A DNA stretch of 64,000 bases from Vulcanimicrobiota bacterium (GCA_963777315.1 CAVZQC010000004.1:832001-896000); one strand, 5' to 3'; positions 47,164 to 58,600 are shown, counted from the first letter of the stretch. Program-made: numbers and translations. Notes: generated from the sequence alone by a model not told the origin.

Positions 47164-47861
47164 GCCGCCTCCTGCATACGGCACGTGTCGGAAACCACAC
47201 GGCCGTCGCGGAATGCGATCACGCGCTTCGCGTAAGCGGCCACGTCCGGCTCGTGGGTGACGAGCAGAATCGTTATCCCGCATTCTCGATTCAGACGCGC
47301 GAACAGGTCCATGACGTCCTGCGACGTCTTCGTATCCAACGCGCCGGTGGGCTCGTCGGCCAGAATCAAACCCGGATTGTTCACCAGCGAACGCGCTATG
47401 GCGACGCGCTGCTGCTGACCGCCGGACATCTGGTTGGGCGCATGCTCGGCCAAATGTGCGACGCCGACGATCTCCATTTTCTCCAGCGCGATGCGCCGGC
47501 GTTCTTCGTCGGGCACTCCCGCATAGACCATCGGCAATTCGACGTTCTGCAGCGCGCTGGTGCGCGGGAGCAGATTGTACGACTGAAACACGAAGCCCAA
47601 GCGCCGGCTGCGAATGTCCGCGCGCTCGTCGGGGCACAGGTTCGAAACGTCGCTGCCTTCGAACGTGTACTTACCGGCGGTAGGCTCGTCGAGCAGTCCG
47701 ACGATGTGCATGAAGGTCGATTTGCCCGAACCCGAGGGCCCCATCACCGCGACGAACTCGCCCGGTTCGATCTGCACGCCTACATCGTCCAGCGCGCGCA
47801 CGCGCTGGGTGCCTAAGTCGTACACTTTCTCGAGTGCTTCAACCTTTACTACGGGTACCAT
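47160..47861 (-). CDS. ABC transporter ATP-binding protein (MacB/LolD-type)
   Basis: GPSGSGKS, MSGGQQQR, LADEPTG, VTH. Confidence 0.95.
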   Translation of the reverse strand: MVPVVKVEALEKVYDLGTQRVRALDDVGVQIEPGEFVAVMGPSGSGKSTFMHIVGLLDEPTAGKYTFEGSDVSNLCPDERADIRSRRLGFVFQSYNLLPRTSALQNVELPMVYAGVPDEERRRIALEKMEIVGVAHLAEHAPNQMSGGQQQRVAIARSLVNNPGLILADEPTGALDTKTSQDVMDLFARLNRECGITILLVTHEPDVAAYAKRVIAFRDGRVVSDTCRMQEAA

Positions 47862-49513
47862 TAGCGTATCGCCCTTCCGATGCCGCCCATGCCGGCGGGA
47901 CCGCCGCCGTGCGTACTTGCAGACGGCTTACGAGCGCCCGCGCCGGACGAACCGCTCGCGACGATCACGTTGTCACCGGCGCTCAGCGAGCCGTGCACGG
48001 GCGTTACCGCGGCTTGCGTTCCGCTGATGAGATCAACGCGCACTCGAACGGGCTGCGGCTTTCCATTTGCGCTCACGAACACGACACCCGTACCGCCCGC
48101 GCTCACCGCACTGCCTGCGCCCGAGGCGGTTTGCCCCCACGGCGCGGCTGCAGATGCGGTCCCGGACGATGCAGAGCCTTGCACGTTTTGCACGTTTTGC
48201 ACGTTCTGCACGTGTTTGTGCGTCGTCTTCGCATCGCTGGGACGAAAGCCGAGCGCCTGCGTCGGCACCACCAGCGCGTTATGGCGCGTTTGCACGGCTA
48301 TCGTAGCGTTTGCCGTCATGCCCGGAAGCAGCTTGTTCTGCGGATTGCCGACCAGCGTGATCACGGTATAGGTCACGACGTTCGAAACCGTGGTCGGATT
48401 CTCGCGCACTTGCGTAACCACGCCGTCGAAAGTTTGATTAGGATAGGCCAGTACGCTGAAACTCACGGGGTTGCCCGGGCGCACGTTGCCGATGTCCGGC
48501 TCGCCAACCGCGATGTCGACTTCCATCTTTTTCAGATCTTGGGCTATCGTGAACAGCGTGGGCGTTTGAAAGCTGGCCGCAACGGTCTGCCCTACCGAAA
48601 CGTTGCGCGCGATCACGGTGCCGTCGACCGGCGAGGTAATTACGGCGCGCTGAATGTTCAGCTGGTCCTGCGCCACCTGCGCGCCGGCCGCAGCGACGGC
48701 CGCTTGCGCGGCCTGGGCCGTATCTTGCGATGCGCTCGCCTGAGCGGCGTTCACGGCGCTTTGCGCGGAACTCGCCTGGGCCTGACTTACGCTCGACGCC
48801 GCTTGCGCGCGTGCCTGCACGGCTGCAGCCTGCGCTGACTTGAGCGCGCTTTGCGCGGCCACGAAATTTGATTGATCGGCATCGTATTGGCTTTGCGCGA
48901 TGTAGCCCTGGGAAAGCAAGGAACGGTCGCGGCCGACGGTTTGCTGCGCGACGTCGAGCGCGCTTTGCGCCTTGGCTACGTTTGCGTCCGCCGTGGCGAT
49001 GCCGGCCTGCGCGGCCTGCGCGTTCGCGTTCTGCGCAGCACTGTTTGCCTGCGCGACGACTATGCTGGACTGCGCTCCGCCGGCGGTTTGCTGCTGCGCT
49101 GCGGCTTGTGCCTGCGCTTGCGCGAGCGACGCCTGCGCCTGCTGCAGCTGCGCCTGCAGTTGGCTCGTGTCCAGTTTGGCCAGCACCTGGCCTTTGCGGA
49201 CCTTACTGTTGTAATCGACGTAGATTGCGTCGATCGTGCCCGACACCTGCGTGCCGACGGTGATCGTGTCTTGCGGATTGACCGTTCCGGACGCAGTCAC
49301 GCTCTGCGTGAGATCCTGCGTGACGACCGGCTGCGTTTGGTACGCTGCAGACGCGCCCGAGCGGGTCGCCAGCATCATGCCGGCGGCCAACGCCGCAATG
49401 AGCAGCAGAGCGGTCAGAATCGCCGGCATTTTGCGCCGTTTGAGGCTCGCGAACACGCCGTCCAGCCGCGGAAGCGACGGAAGGCTGATGGTGGCTTGAT
49501 ATTTTCCTAGCAT
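47861..49513 (-). CDS. MacA-like periplasmic adaptor (membrane fusion protein)
   Basis: VGTQVSG, VRKGQVLA, Ala/Gln coiled coil, SPVDG, GQTVAAS, LLPGMTA; start trimmed to ATG 49513. Confidence 0.9.
   Translation of the reverse strand: MLGKYQATISLPSLPRLDGVFASLKRRKMPAILTALLLIAALAAGMMLATRSGASAAYQTQPVVTQDLTQSVTASGTVNPQDTITVGTQVSGTIDAIYVDYNSKVRKGQVLAKLDTSQLQAQLQQAQASLAQAQAQAAAQQQTAGGAQSSIVVAQANSAAQNANAQAAQAGIATADANVAKAQSALDVAQQTVGRDRSLLSQGYIAQSQYDADQSNFVAAQSALKSAQAAAVQARAQAASSVSQAQASSAQSAVNAAQASASQDTAQAAQAAVAAAGAQVAQDQLNIQRAVITSPVDGTVIARNVSVGQTVAASFQTPTLFTIAQDLKKMEVDIAVGEPDIGNVRPGNPVSFSVLAYPNQTFDGVVTQVRENPTTVSNVVTYTVITLVGNPQNKLLPGMTANATIAVQTRHNALVVPTQALGFRPSDAKTTHKHVQNVQNVQNVQGSASSGTASAAAPWGQTASGAGSAVSAGGTGVVFVSANGKPQPVRVRVDLISGTQAAVTPVHGSLSAGDNVIVASGSSGAGARKPSASTHGGGPAGMGGIGRAIR
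48180..48215 (+). repeat. 9-bp in-frame tandem repeat x4
   Basis: tgcacgttt tgcacgttt tgcacgttc tgcacgtgt, encoding (VQN)3VQ on the minus strand. Confidence 0.85.
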
Positions 49514-49555
49514 GGCAACAGCGAGCGTATCGCATGTTGCTGACAACACCCGGAG

Positions 49556-49588
49556 ACCGGATGAGAACCGGATTAAAGGCAGCTGAGG
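49556..49588 (-). promoter_or_regulatory. 11-bp-period direct repeats upstream of the exporter operon, candidate response-regulator box
   Basis: Minus strand CCTCAG-N5-TTTAAT-N5-TCTCAT; ACCGGAT repeated at 49556 and 49567. Confidence 0.45.
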
Positions 49589-49958
49589 ACTTAAAGCCGT
49601 ACAGTCCGTGGCCTTGCGGGTTCGCGACGTAGACTTTGTACGCATGGCGCACACCGAGCGACTGCGTGAAGATCACGTGTACCGGAGTGCCGGGCTTGAG
49701 GTCCTTGGACTGCAGCGTCTTTCCGCCGGGCAGCGAAACGAACTTGGGCCAGGACAGGAACGACATGTCCGACGGAACGCCGTCGATGCAGTGAACCCGG
49801 ACGTTTTCGATTGAAACGTGCCGCACGTAGCCGTGGCAATCGTGGTATTTACCGCCGGGCGGAAGACTGCCGCCGGCCGCGGAAACCGGAATCGTTGCAC
49901 CCATGCACAGCGTGAGCGCGAGCAGCAGGCGCGCAAGTGAGCCGAATCTATACATCAC
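49583..49958 (-). CDS. secreted small beta-barrel-like protein; stop codon uncertain
   Basis: Signal peptide and DLKPGTPVHV OB-like strand. The track ORF runs on to 49203 over the adaptor gene; removing G49585 gives TAG after GFKS. Confidence 0.5.
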
Positions 49959-50002
49959 GTGTCACTCTCCTTATTATAAGGGCTTTTACCCGCCGCCGGC
50001 AG

Positions 50003-50275
50003 TCAAACCAGCCGCGCATCGGCTCCGATTGGAGCGTCGTCCGGCGTGACGAGCGCTTCCTCGGCAGCGACATCGTCGGGCACGCTCAAACCGGTGGCGT
50101 GGCCGTTACGGCACGTAAGCATCACCGCGAGCTGCGAACGGCCTTCGTCCTGCGCAACGTTGAGCGGATTGCCCTGCGCATCGACTACAAATGAACGCGC
50201 GCCGGCCTGCGCGAGCACCTGCCCGCAGCGCGCGCACGCGAGCTCGCGCAGGTGGACCAGATTCACATAAGGCAT
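50003..50275 (-). CDS. small zinc-ribbon-like protein
   Basis: CARCG ... CRNGH knuckles; 90 aa from ATG 50275. Confidence 0.55.
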   Translation of the reverse strand: MPYVNLVHLRELACARCGQVLAQAGARSFVVDAQGNPLNVAQDEGRSQLAVMLTCRNGHATGLSVPDDVAAEEALVTPDDAPIGADARLV

Positions 50276-50286
50276 GCAGCGTAGAC

Positions 50287-51510
50287 CTACGCCTGCTCGC
50301 CGGCCAGAGTATCGAAGCGGCGCAACTGCGGAAACAGCACCGACCACACCGCAATTACCAGCAGCGTAGCGACTCCGCCGGCCACAACGCAAGCTTGCGC
50401 GCCGATGAGTGAGGCCAAGCCGCCGGACTCGAACGCGCCCAGTTCGTTGGAAGCGCCGATAAAAACGTTCTCGACTGCGCCGATGCGCCCGCGCATGACG
50501 TCCGGCGTACGCAACTGCACCAGCGCGCTGCGGATGACGACGCTCACCATGTCGAAACCCCCCGTCAGCACGAGCGCCAAAATCGAAAGGGCGAAATTGC
50601 GCGACAATCCGAACGCAATCGTCGCCAATCCGAAACCTGCGACGCACACCAGCAGCAAGCGCCCCGCGCTTTTATTGATCGAGCGCCGAGCGACATAGCC
50701 GGCCACAAGCACCGCGCCCATCGCCGGCGCCGCGCGCAAGACGCCGAAACCGGTGGGGCCGACGTGCAGAATCGTCGTTGCGAAAACCGGCAGCAGCGCG
50801 GTTGCACCGCCGAATAGGACCGCAAACAGATCCAATGATATCGCCGCCAGGATGATCCGCCGCGAAAAAATGAAGCGCAGCCCTTCCAGCGCTGCGCGCA
50901 CGACCGGCTCAGCTTCGTAAGGGACGTCATGCCTGCTCAGAAGGCTAAAGGCAAGTGTTGCGAACACGTACGCCGCTGCGCCCAGTATGAACGCCGCCGA
51001 GGGACCCAGCGCGATAAGCGCGCCGCCCAGCGCGGGTCCCGCGATCGTGATGAGCTGCGTTGCCGACGACGTCGTGGCCTGCGCGCGCACATAGCCGTGC
51101 GCCGGCACGATGTTGGCCAGAAGCGAGCGTTGAGCGGGAGTGCCCAGCGAATGGGCAATGCCGATAAACGCCACGGCGGCCAAAGCGATCGGCAGCGAAC
51201 GCACGTGCAGAACGACGAGCGCCACGAATCCGCCCAGCCCAACGCCTTCGGCCAACGACGCTGCGGCGCATATGCTGCGACGATCGACGCGATCGGCCAG
51301 TACGCCGGCAGGCAGCGCCAGCACCAGCTGCGGTACGAACAGCACCAAGCCTACCAGTCCCAGATCGAACGGATTGTGGCGCAACCCGAAGATCTGCCAG
51401 CTCACTGCGACGTCTTCCACCGTAAACGCCAGCATCGAGCTCTGGCGCGCGACGAAGTACCAATAAAATTCGCGCGGAAATGGCCCCCTTAAGATTCGCT
51501 CTCGGTCCAC
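50287..51510 (-). CDS. MFS transporter (EntS/DHA3-like)
   Basis: GVLADRVDRR, SLDLFAVLFGGATALLP, FIGASNELGAFESG; GTG start at 51510 inferred. Confidence 0.88.
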   Translation of the reverse strand: MDRERILRGPFPREFYWYFVARQSSMLAFTVEDVAVSWQIFGLRHNPFDLGLVGLVLFVPQLVLALPAGVLADRVDRRSICAAASLAEGVGLGGFVALVVLHVRSLPIALAAVAFIGIAHSLGTPAQRSLLANIVPAHGYVRAQATTSSATQLITIAGPALGGALIALGPSAAFILGAAAYVFATLAFSLLSRHDVPYEAEPVVRAALEGLRFIFSRRIILAAISLDLFAVLFGGATALLPVFATTILHVGPTGFGVLRAAPAMGAVLVAGYVARRSINKSAGRLLLVCVAGFGLATIAFGLSRNFALSILALVLTGGFDMVSVVIRSALVQLRTPDVMRGRIGAVENVFIGASNELGAFESGGLASLIGAQACVVAGGVATLLVIAVWSVLFPQLRRFDTLAGEQA

Positions 51511-52349
51511 AAGCGCGCGAAGGCTTCGCGGTTTTTCGCCAGCACTCGATCCATGTCGGCCTTCCAGAGCGATCCTTCCAAATGCAGAGACGACAAAATC
51601 TCGACGACCCACGGACCGTTGTAGCCGGTGGCTCGTATCGAACGGATCATGTCGGCCAGCGGTATCACTCCGTCGCCCAAGCTGTAGCGGTCGGCCGTCG
51701 AACGCGGCGTCTTCCAGTCGCTCAATTGCACGAGCAGAATCTTTTTACCGCACTGACGGATTCTTTCGTCCAGCCCAGCGGTTTGCCACACGTTCCAACT
51801 GTCGATGCAGATTCCCACGTGCGGGTGATTGACGTTGTCGACCAGTTCGAGCCCCTGATCCAAATACCATACGGCCGTATCGGTGTGGATGTTGACCGGA
51901 CTGAGCGGCTCGAACGCGATGTTCATGCCGCGTTCGCCCGCAAAGTCGCCCAGTTCTTTGAGCGCTTGCGTCGTGCGCCCCACGGCCGTGCGAAAGTCGC
52001 GGTTGGGCGGTATTCCGGTGATGACGACGAAGGGCGTGTTCTTGGGCAAGTGCGGCGCGCTCATTGCGATGGCGCGTTTCATGGCATCGATGCGATCACT
52101 CGGATCCTCCGGCGTGCTCGCCATCGAGTCGACGAAGACGGAATGAATCTTCATTTGAATCGAGGAAGGCCTGAGCTCGTTCTCGGCCAGCATGTCGAGC
52201 TGCGCGCCGTAGTCTTCGTGCGCGAGTTTGAACTCGCAAATTTCGATGACGCTCGCGCCGTGCTCCCGGTACTTGCGTAAATCGGTCTGGAATGACCACG
52301 GCCAAGTCGTAAACTCGCTAAAACCAAATGTGTATGGCGTTGCCATCAT
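51489..52349 (-). CDS. sugar phosphate isomerase/epimerase (xylose-isomerase-like TIM barrel)
   Basis: IAFEPL, IDSWN, QLSDW, GDGVIPL, VVEILS. Confidence 0.82.
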   Translation of the reverse strand: MMATPYTFGFSEFTTWPWSFQTDLRKYREHGASVIEICEFKLAHEDYGAQLDMLAENELRPSSIQMKIHSVFVDSMASTPEDPSDRIDAMKRAIAMSAPHLPKNTPFVVITGIPPNRDFRTAVGRTTQALKELGDFAGERGMNIAFEPLSPVNIHTDTAVWYLDQGLELVDNVNHPHVGICIDSWNVWQTAGLDERIRQCGKKILLVQLSDWKTPRSTADRYSLGDGVIPLADMIRSIRATGYNGPWVVEILSSLHLEGSLWKADMDRVLAKNREAFARLWTESES

Positions 52350-54788
52350 GCCTCCGTATGCAGTTCCAATAGACAAAAGCCGCGTCGGCTGACTTGAACC
52401 GGAATCCCCTCGCGCAGCCGCGGTCCCTCGAAGCCGGGCTGTTCCACCCATTCTCCTCGCAGCGTATTGTACACGCGCAGCAGATAGCGATCGCGCAGAG
52501 CGTCGGCGCGGAAGCTCAGCGACGTCGTCACCGTGCGATCGCGCGTGTTGCCGATAAAAATTACCGTGCGGTCCGCGCGCTGGAGCGCCACGCGGATGAC
52601 GCTGTCTCCGCTCACGTGCACCAGCTCGCTCACGTCCTGCTCGAATTCCCGCTCCTGGTCCACCGACGGAAACGGGTGGTTGGCGTAGATGCGCAGCGCG
52701 TCCAACCGCACGACGAACCACGAAACTTCCCGCCCGCGCAAATGCAGATTGCGCACGCCCATCCAGCTCCACCCGTTGGCCGGACGCGGATTGAGCGTGG
52801 GCGGGTTCACGCTGATGTCCAAGCCTGCGGCGCCCTCGATGGCGGCCCACAAATACTTGGGCGCGAACCACGGCGAGAGCATCATGCCTTGATTGGTGAG
52901 CGTTTCACCGTGCAGCCACTCCGAAAACTGTCCCGGCACCGTGTTGTTGCGCCGCGGGTCCTGCGAGTAGTGCTCGAAACTCACCGACAGTGCGTACGCC
53001 ATGAATTCCGGATTGAACGCGGCGGCTGCGAATGCGAACCAGAACGTCGGTCCGGCCCAAACGCCGCCCAGCAGCCCGTATCCGTGCGTCGGGCCGTAAT
53101 TGATGTCGTTGCGCGGCACGGTGTGCAGCCCCGCCTCGCTCCAAAACTCCGGTATGCTCAAACGCGCGATGATATTGGCGGCCACGTCGTGCTCGGCCAC
53201 CCCGAACATCACCGGAAAGACCAAATCGCACGTCACGTCGGTACGCGGCGTGCCGTCTAAGTCGATGTTGAGATAGTACAGGTTGCGGTTCTTGTCGAGC
53301 AGATGCTCGTTGATTGCAGCCCGCAGCGCATCCGCCTGGTCGTCAAAATAGCGCGACTTCTCGTGGTCGGCCATCTCGCGCGACATCGTGGCCATCGTGC
53401 GCAGCGCAGCGTAGCATTCCGAGTTTACCTCGGTGGTTGCGCCGGAAAGCCGGTAGCCTTTGATGACGTTGCGCCACCCGACGATTCCCCAGTCCGCGGT
53501 TCCGTCGGCGGTGCACCATACGAGACCCTTGTCGTTGCGTTGAGACAGGATGTAGCGTGCGGCGCGTTCGGCTTTGGGATACACGTACTGCAAAAAGTCG
53601 CGATCGCCGGTAATGCCGTAATGATGCCACAGCGCCAGAATGAGCAGGGGAGTGTCGTCGTTGATGTTCAAGCCGTAGTCTTCGGACTTGCCGTTGCGTA
53701 TGTCGAAGTACTCGACCACCATGCCGTTTGGTTCGAGATGATCCGCGTACCACAGCAGCGACTCCCGCGCAAAATGCGGCGTAATGTAGTCGGCGCCGAA
53801 AGCAAACCAGGCCGTATCGCGCGAAACGCTGTTGTTCGAGCGGGTCGGGTCGTTGACGAAACACCAGCCCTGCGAGGTAAGCGACTGCGCGCGAAGCATG
53901 TTGGCCTTGGCCCACAGCGCGCCGCGGTTGACTTGCGCGTCCGGGGTGACGACCACTGCGCGGCGCAGAACGGCATCGTAGTGCTCTCGCGTGCGCGTCA
54001 GGGCCTCCTGCGCGGTGGGCAAACTCCTCAACGACTCGCGAGCGCCTTCTAGGCCGTGCATGGAAAACGTCAGCACGAGGTAAAACGCGGCGTGCTGTCC
54101 GGGCTTGAGCCGGTGCTGCAAGTGAAAAATTCCGATCGGATCGTCCGATGAGTCCAGCGTCGTGTTTGAAAGCTCGCCCGGAAACTGCGCCGCACTGGTC
54201 TTCGCGCTGTCCAGCGTAGCCTCGTAGTCTGTTGGGCCGCACCGAACACGCTGCCATGCGCACGAGCTCGGGCTGCTCTTGATTGCGCACGACGAACGCA
54301 TGCTTTGAGGCATCGTACGCAGTCTGCGTTCCGCTGCCGAAATCGCCTCGAAGCCGCAGCGATGCGTAGGTCGCGACGTCGACCGGTTCGGTGCCGTCGT
54401 TGCGCAGCTGCACGGTGTAATAGGCGCCCGGGGGATCGACGGCGTGCCCGTTCGGGCCTTGCGGCTGCCCGCTGAGAATGAAGATATCCTCGCACACCGT
54501 GATGCCGTTGACGAGTTGAAAGATGCGCTCCTGATGATCCGGATGGATGATGAACTGCCCGGGCCCGGGCAGCAGCGGAATGCCGCTGCCGGCATCCCAG
54601 TGATGCAGCACCAGCGTTCCGAACACGGCCAGTCCGGCTTCGCTCGAATACAACTTTTCCAGCGCTCCGGTCGCCTTGATCAGCACGGTGCCTTTGGGAG
54701 CGCCCAGCGTGCTGCCCACGGCCATTTCGCGATCGGAAATCTCGTATTTGGAGATTGCGTGGCCGGGACCGGAAATCGCGGCGATCAT
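52346..54788 (-). pseudogene. six-hairpin glycoside hydrolase paralog, +1 frameshift at about 54232-54236
   Basis: N-terminus MIAAISG...CSVRP is in one frame and PTDYEATLD...GQFSEW in another; total span 3n+1. Confidence 0.75.
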
Positions 54789-55552
54789 AAGCTGCCCGAC
54801 TGCTTGCTCATGCCTCCGTCGATGACCAGCGAAGCACCGGTAACGTACCCGGCATCGTCGGAGGCGAGGTAAACGCACAGCGCGGCGATTTCCTGCGGTT
54901 TGCCCATGCGCCGCATCGGAATCTCGCTGAGCAGTTCGTCGTATTTTCCTTGCTGTTTCTTCAAGTTCGCGTCCATCGGCGTATCGATCGCTCCGGGGCA
55001 CACATTGTTGACCGTTATCCCGTACTGCGCCAGTTCCACGGCAATCGTTCGGGTGAGCATGCGTAAACCGCCTTTGGTCGCGCAATAAGCAGCGTTCGTC
55101 GGCATCGCGAGATCTTCGTGGACCGAAGAAATGTTGATGATGCGCCCGCCGCTCTTTTGCTGCGCCATCTGCCGGCCGGCAATCTGCGATCCCAGCCATG
55201 CCCCGGTCAAATTTACGGAAACGATCTCGGTATACACGTCCAGCGGCATTTCTAAAAACGGATACTTCTTTTCGATGCCGGCGTTGTTGACCATCACGTC
55301 GATTTTGCCGAAGCGCTGCACGGCAAAATCGATCATCTGCTGTACGTCGGCAGGCTTGCTCACGTCCGCGCCGATCGCGCAGGCACTCCCGCCGAAAGCT
55401 CGCAGCTCGCCAACCAAAGCGTTGGCAGGAGTTTGGTCGCCGTGATAGTCGATGACGATTTTGGCGCCTTCGCGCGCCATCGCGATGCAAATCGCTTTGC
55501 CGATTCCCGTATCGCCTCCGGTGACGATGGCGACTTTGTCGCGCAGGCGCAT
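54785..55552 (-). CDS. SDR oxidoreductase, glucose 1-dehydrogenase-like
   Basis: TGGDTGIG, NNAG, SSVHE, YCATK, PGAIDTP. Confidence 0.9.
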   Translation of the reverse strand: MRLRDKVAIVTGGDTGIGKAICIAMAREGAKIVIDYHGDQTPANALVGELRAFGGSACAIGADVSKPADVQQMIDFAVQRFGKIDVMVNNAGIEKKYPFLEMPLDVYTEIVSVNLTGAWLGSQIAGRQMAQQKSGGRIINISSVHEDLAMPTNAAYCATKGGLRMLTRTIAVELAQYGITVNNVCPGAIDTPMDANLKKQQGKYDELLSEIPMRRMGKPQEIAALCVYLASDDAGYVTGASLVIDGGMSKQSGSL

Positions 55553-55614
55553 TCCGGTCTCCTGCGTCGTCTCGGCCTTTTCGACGCGCACGCCGAACAT
55601 CGACAGCAGGTTTT

Positions 55615-58600
55615 TCACAGGAGGCCTCGGCGCAGAAGTACGACGCCGTATGTTGCCGTCACGGCCGCAGCGGCCGCAACCGCGAGAACTGCGTAGCCCT
55701 GCGCTATGACTTTGCGGCGTTTGGCGCGGTGATCGGGCATGAACCGCAGTTCGGGGTATGCGTCGTCGCGATCGAAGCCGCGGTCGTCCAAGGCTATCTT
55801 CATCACTTCGGCCGGATGCAGCGCTTGCCGCTTCGTGGTTTGCATAATTTGCTCGCGGCAGCTGAACCCGTCGGCCACGACGATCGTCTGCGGCTTGGCC
55901 TCGCGCACTTTGGGCAGCAGCACGCGCTCCCCGCACTTGACCGACATGTCGTAGTGGCTCTCCTCGAAACCGAACGCCCCGGCCATGCCGCAGCAACCGC
56001 TGTTGAGCTGCTCGTACTGCAGGTCCATTTGCTCGAAGACGTGCGTCTCCGCCATCGGATCCAGCAGCGATTTTTTATGGCAGTGCTCGTGCACCACGGC
56101 GCGGCGGCGAAGTTTGGGGGGCTTGTACTGCAGCTGCTGCTCGGCCTTTTTGTTCAAAAACGTTTCGAACATGTAGCATTGCTGGGACAGCCGGTGCGCG
56201 TCCTGATCGTTGCCCAGCATGTTCTGCATCTCGTCTTTGAACACCGATAAACAGCTGGGCTCCAATCCAACCACCGGAACGCCTTGGCGAATGAGCGGCC
56301 GCAGATCGGCCAGAATAGCCTGCAGCTGACGTTTGGCCTGATCGAGCAAACCGTAATCGTACAGCGGTCGCCCGCAGCAGATTTGATTGGGCGGGACGAG
56401 CACCTCGTAGCCGGCGTCTTCGAGCACCTCCACCGCCGCCTGCGCCGTCTGCGGATGAAAATGCTCGTTCCACGTGTCGGTCCACAAAAGAACGCGATTG
56501 TCGAAACCCCGCGACGGCTGCGCGGGCCGGCGCGGACGGTTCTTGAACCATTGCCGGAACGTACGGCCCGCGAACATCGGTATCTCGCGCTCGGGCGCGA
56601 TGGAGCCGAGCTTCTTCGCGATCGTGCTGAACGGCGGGGCCTGCGTGAAGAAATTGGCAACCCCGGGCGCGAGCGCGGCGAGCTTTGCCCACCAGAACAT
56701 GTAGCCGAACAGCCACATGTGCAGCGGGCGCACTTTGCCTTTGAAATAGTGAAAGAGAAACTCCGCCTTATACGTGGCCATGTCGACGTTGACGGGACAT
56801 TCGTGCTTGCAGCCCTTGCATGCAAGGCAGTATTCCAGCGACTCTTTGACCGTTTCGTCCTTCCAGCCGTGTTTCATCGGATTGCCTTGCAGCATCTCGA
56901 ACAGCAGCCGCGCGCGCCCGCGCGTCGAATATTTTTCCTCTTTCGTCACCATGTAGCTGGGACACATGGTGCCTTTATCGTGTTTCCGGCACACGCCCGC
57001 GCCGACGCACCGGTTGGCCGCATAGGCGAAGCTGTGATGATCCTCACCCAGGGCAAATTTCGTGGGCGGATCCCAAGGCTGATAGTTGACGCCCCAGCGC
57101 AAGTGCGCGTCGATGGGATACGGCCGAACGACTTTTCCGGGGTTCATTTTGTTTTCGGGATCGAACGCGGTCTTGAACTCCCAGAACGCCTGTACCAAAT
57201 CATCGCCGAACATAATCGGCAGGAGCTCTGCGCGAATCTGCCCGTCGCCGTGCTCGCCGGAAATCGAGCCTTCGTACTTGACGACGATGTGCGCCATTTC
57301 CGTGACGAATTTGCGGTACTTGGCAATGCCGTCTTTGGTGAACAGGTCGAAGTTGATGCGGCAATGCACGCAACCCTGACCGAAGTGCCCGTAAATGGAC
57401 GCGAAGTAACCGTACTCCTGCATCTTGTGCTGAAAGTCGCGCAGGTAATCGCCCAGGTGTTCGGGCGCAACGGCGGCATCTTCCCATCCCGGGTAAAACT
57501 CCGGTTCGTTGGGGATTTTCGCGTTCACGCCCAGTCCGGCTTCACGCGTCTGGAAGATCTCCTCCATCGTGTGCGGATCGCTGGTAACGTCTGCGCCTTT
57601 GACCTTGTCGCTATGTTTTTTGATATCGTCGATCAGCTTGCGCCCTTTGGCTTCGACCTCGTCTTTGGTGTCGCCGCCGAATTGAATGACCAGCCACGCC
57701 CGCCCGTCGGGAAAAAGCTCCTCCTGCTGGTGCGGGTTCTTGCCTTTTTCATGCATGTGCTGAAACAGCGTTTCATCCATGCCCTCTATCGCATGCGGCA
57801 TGTAGGCGTTGCAAAACGCCACGTGATCGCCCGCAGCGGCGATGTCTTCAAAACCCAGCAAGGTTACGGCGGTGGTCTTGGGATTGGGCACGAGCACTAG
57901 GGTCAGCTCGAGAACGTGTACGCACGTGCCTTCCGTTCCCACGAGCGCACGGGCCACGTTGAAGCCGCTTTGCGGCGACAGCTGTTCCAAATTGTAGCCC
58001 GATACGCGGCGGGGAATCTGCGGAAATTTCTCGCGAACCAGCGCCTGATATTTCTCATGAATTTGCGCGAGCTTGGCGTAAATGTCAGCCTTGCGGCCGC
58101 CTTCGCGAACGATGGCTTCGCGCTCCCGTTCGCTGGTCGATCCCACGCACAGCCGCGTGCCGTCGTGCAGCAGAACTTCGGCTTGCTCGACGTTTTCTTC
58201 CATGCGGCCAGCGAACTGCGCGGGTATGCCGCAGGCGTTGTTGCCGAACATTCCGCCGATATTGCAGCGGTTGTGCGTCGACGGCGCGGGGCCAAACGTC
58301 AAACCGTGTTTTTGAGCGGCGTGCCGCAAGTCGTCCAGCACGACGCCCGGTTCCACTCTAGCGCGGCGGTTCTCGAGGTCGATCTCCAGGATGTGGTTCA
58401 TGTACTTGCTGTAGTCGAAGATCATCGCGACGTTGCAGCTCGCTCCCGTCAAGCTCGTGCCGCCGCCCCGCGGCGTTGCAGGCACGCCGTAGCGATGGGC
58501 GACCGCCATCGCGCGCTGCGCGTCGTCGGCGTCTTTGGGCAGCACCACGCAAATCGGGACCTGCCGGTAGTTGGCCGCGTCGGTAGAGTACATGGCGCGA

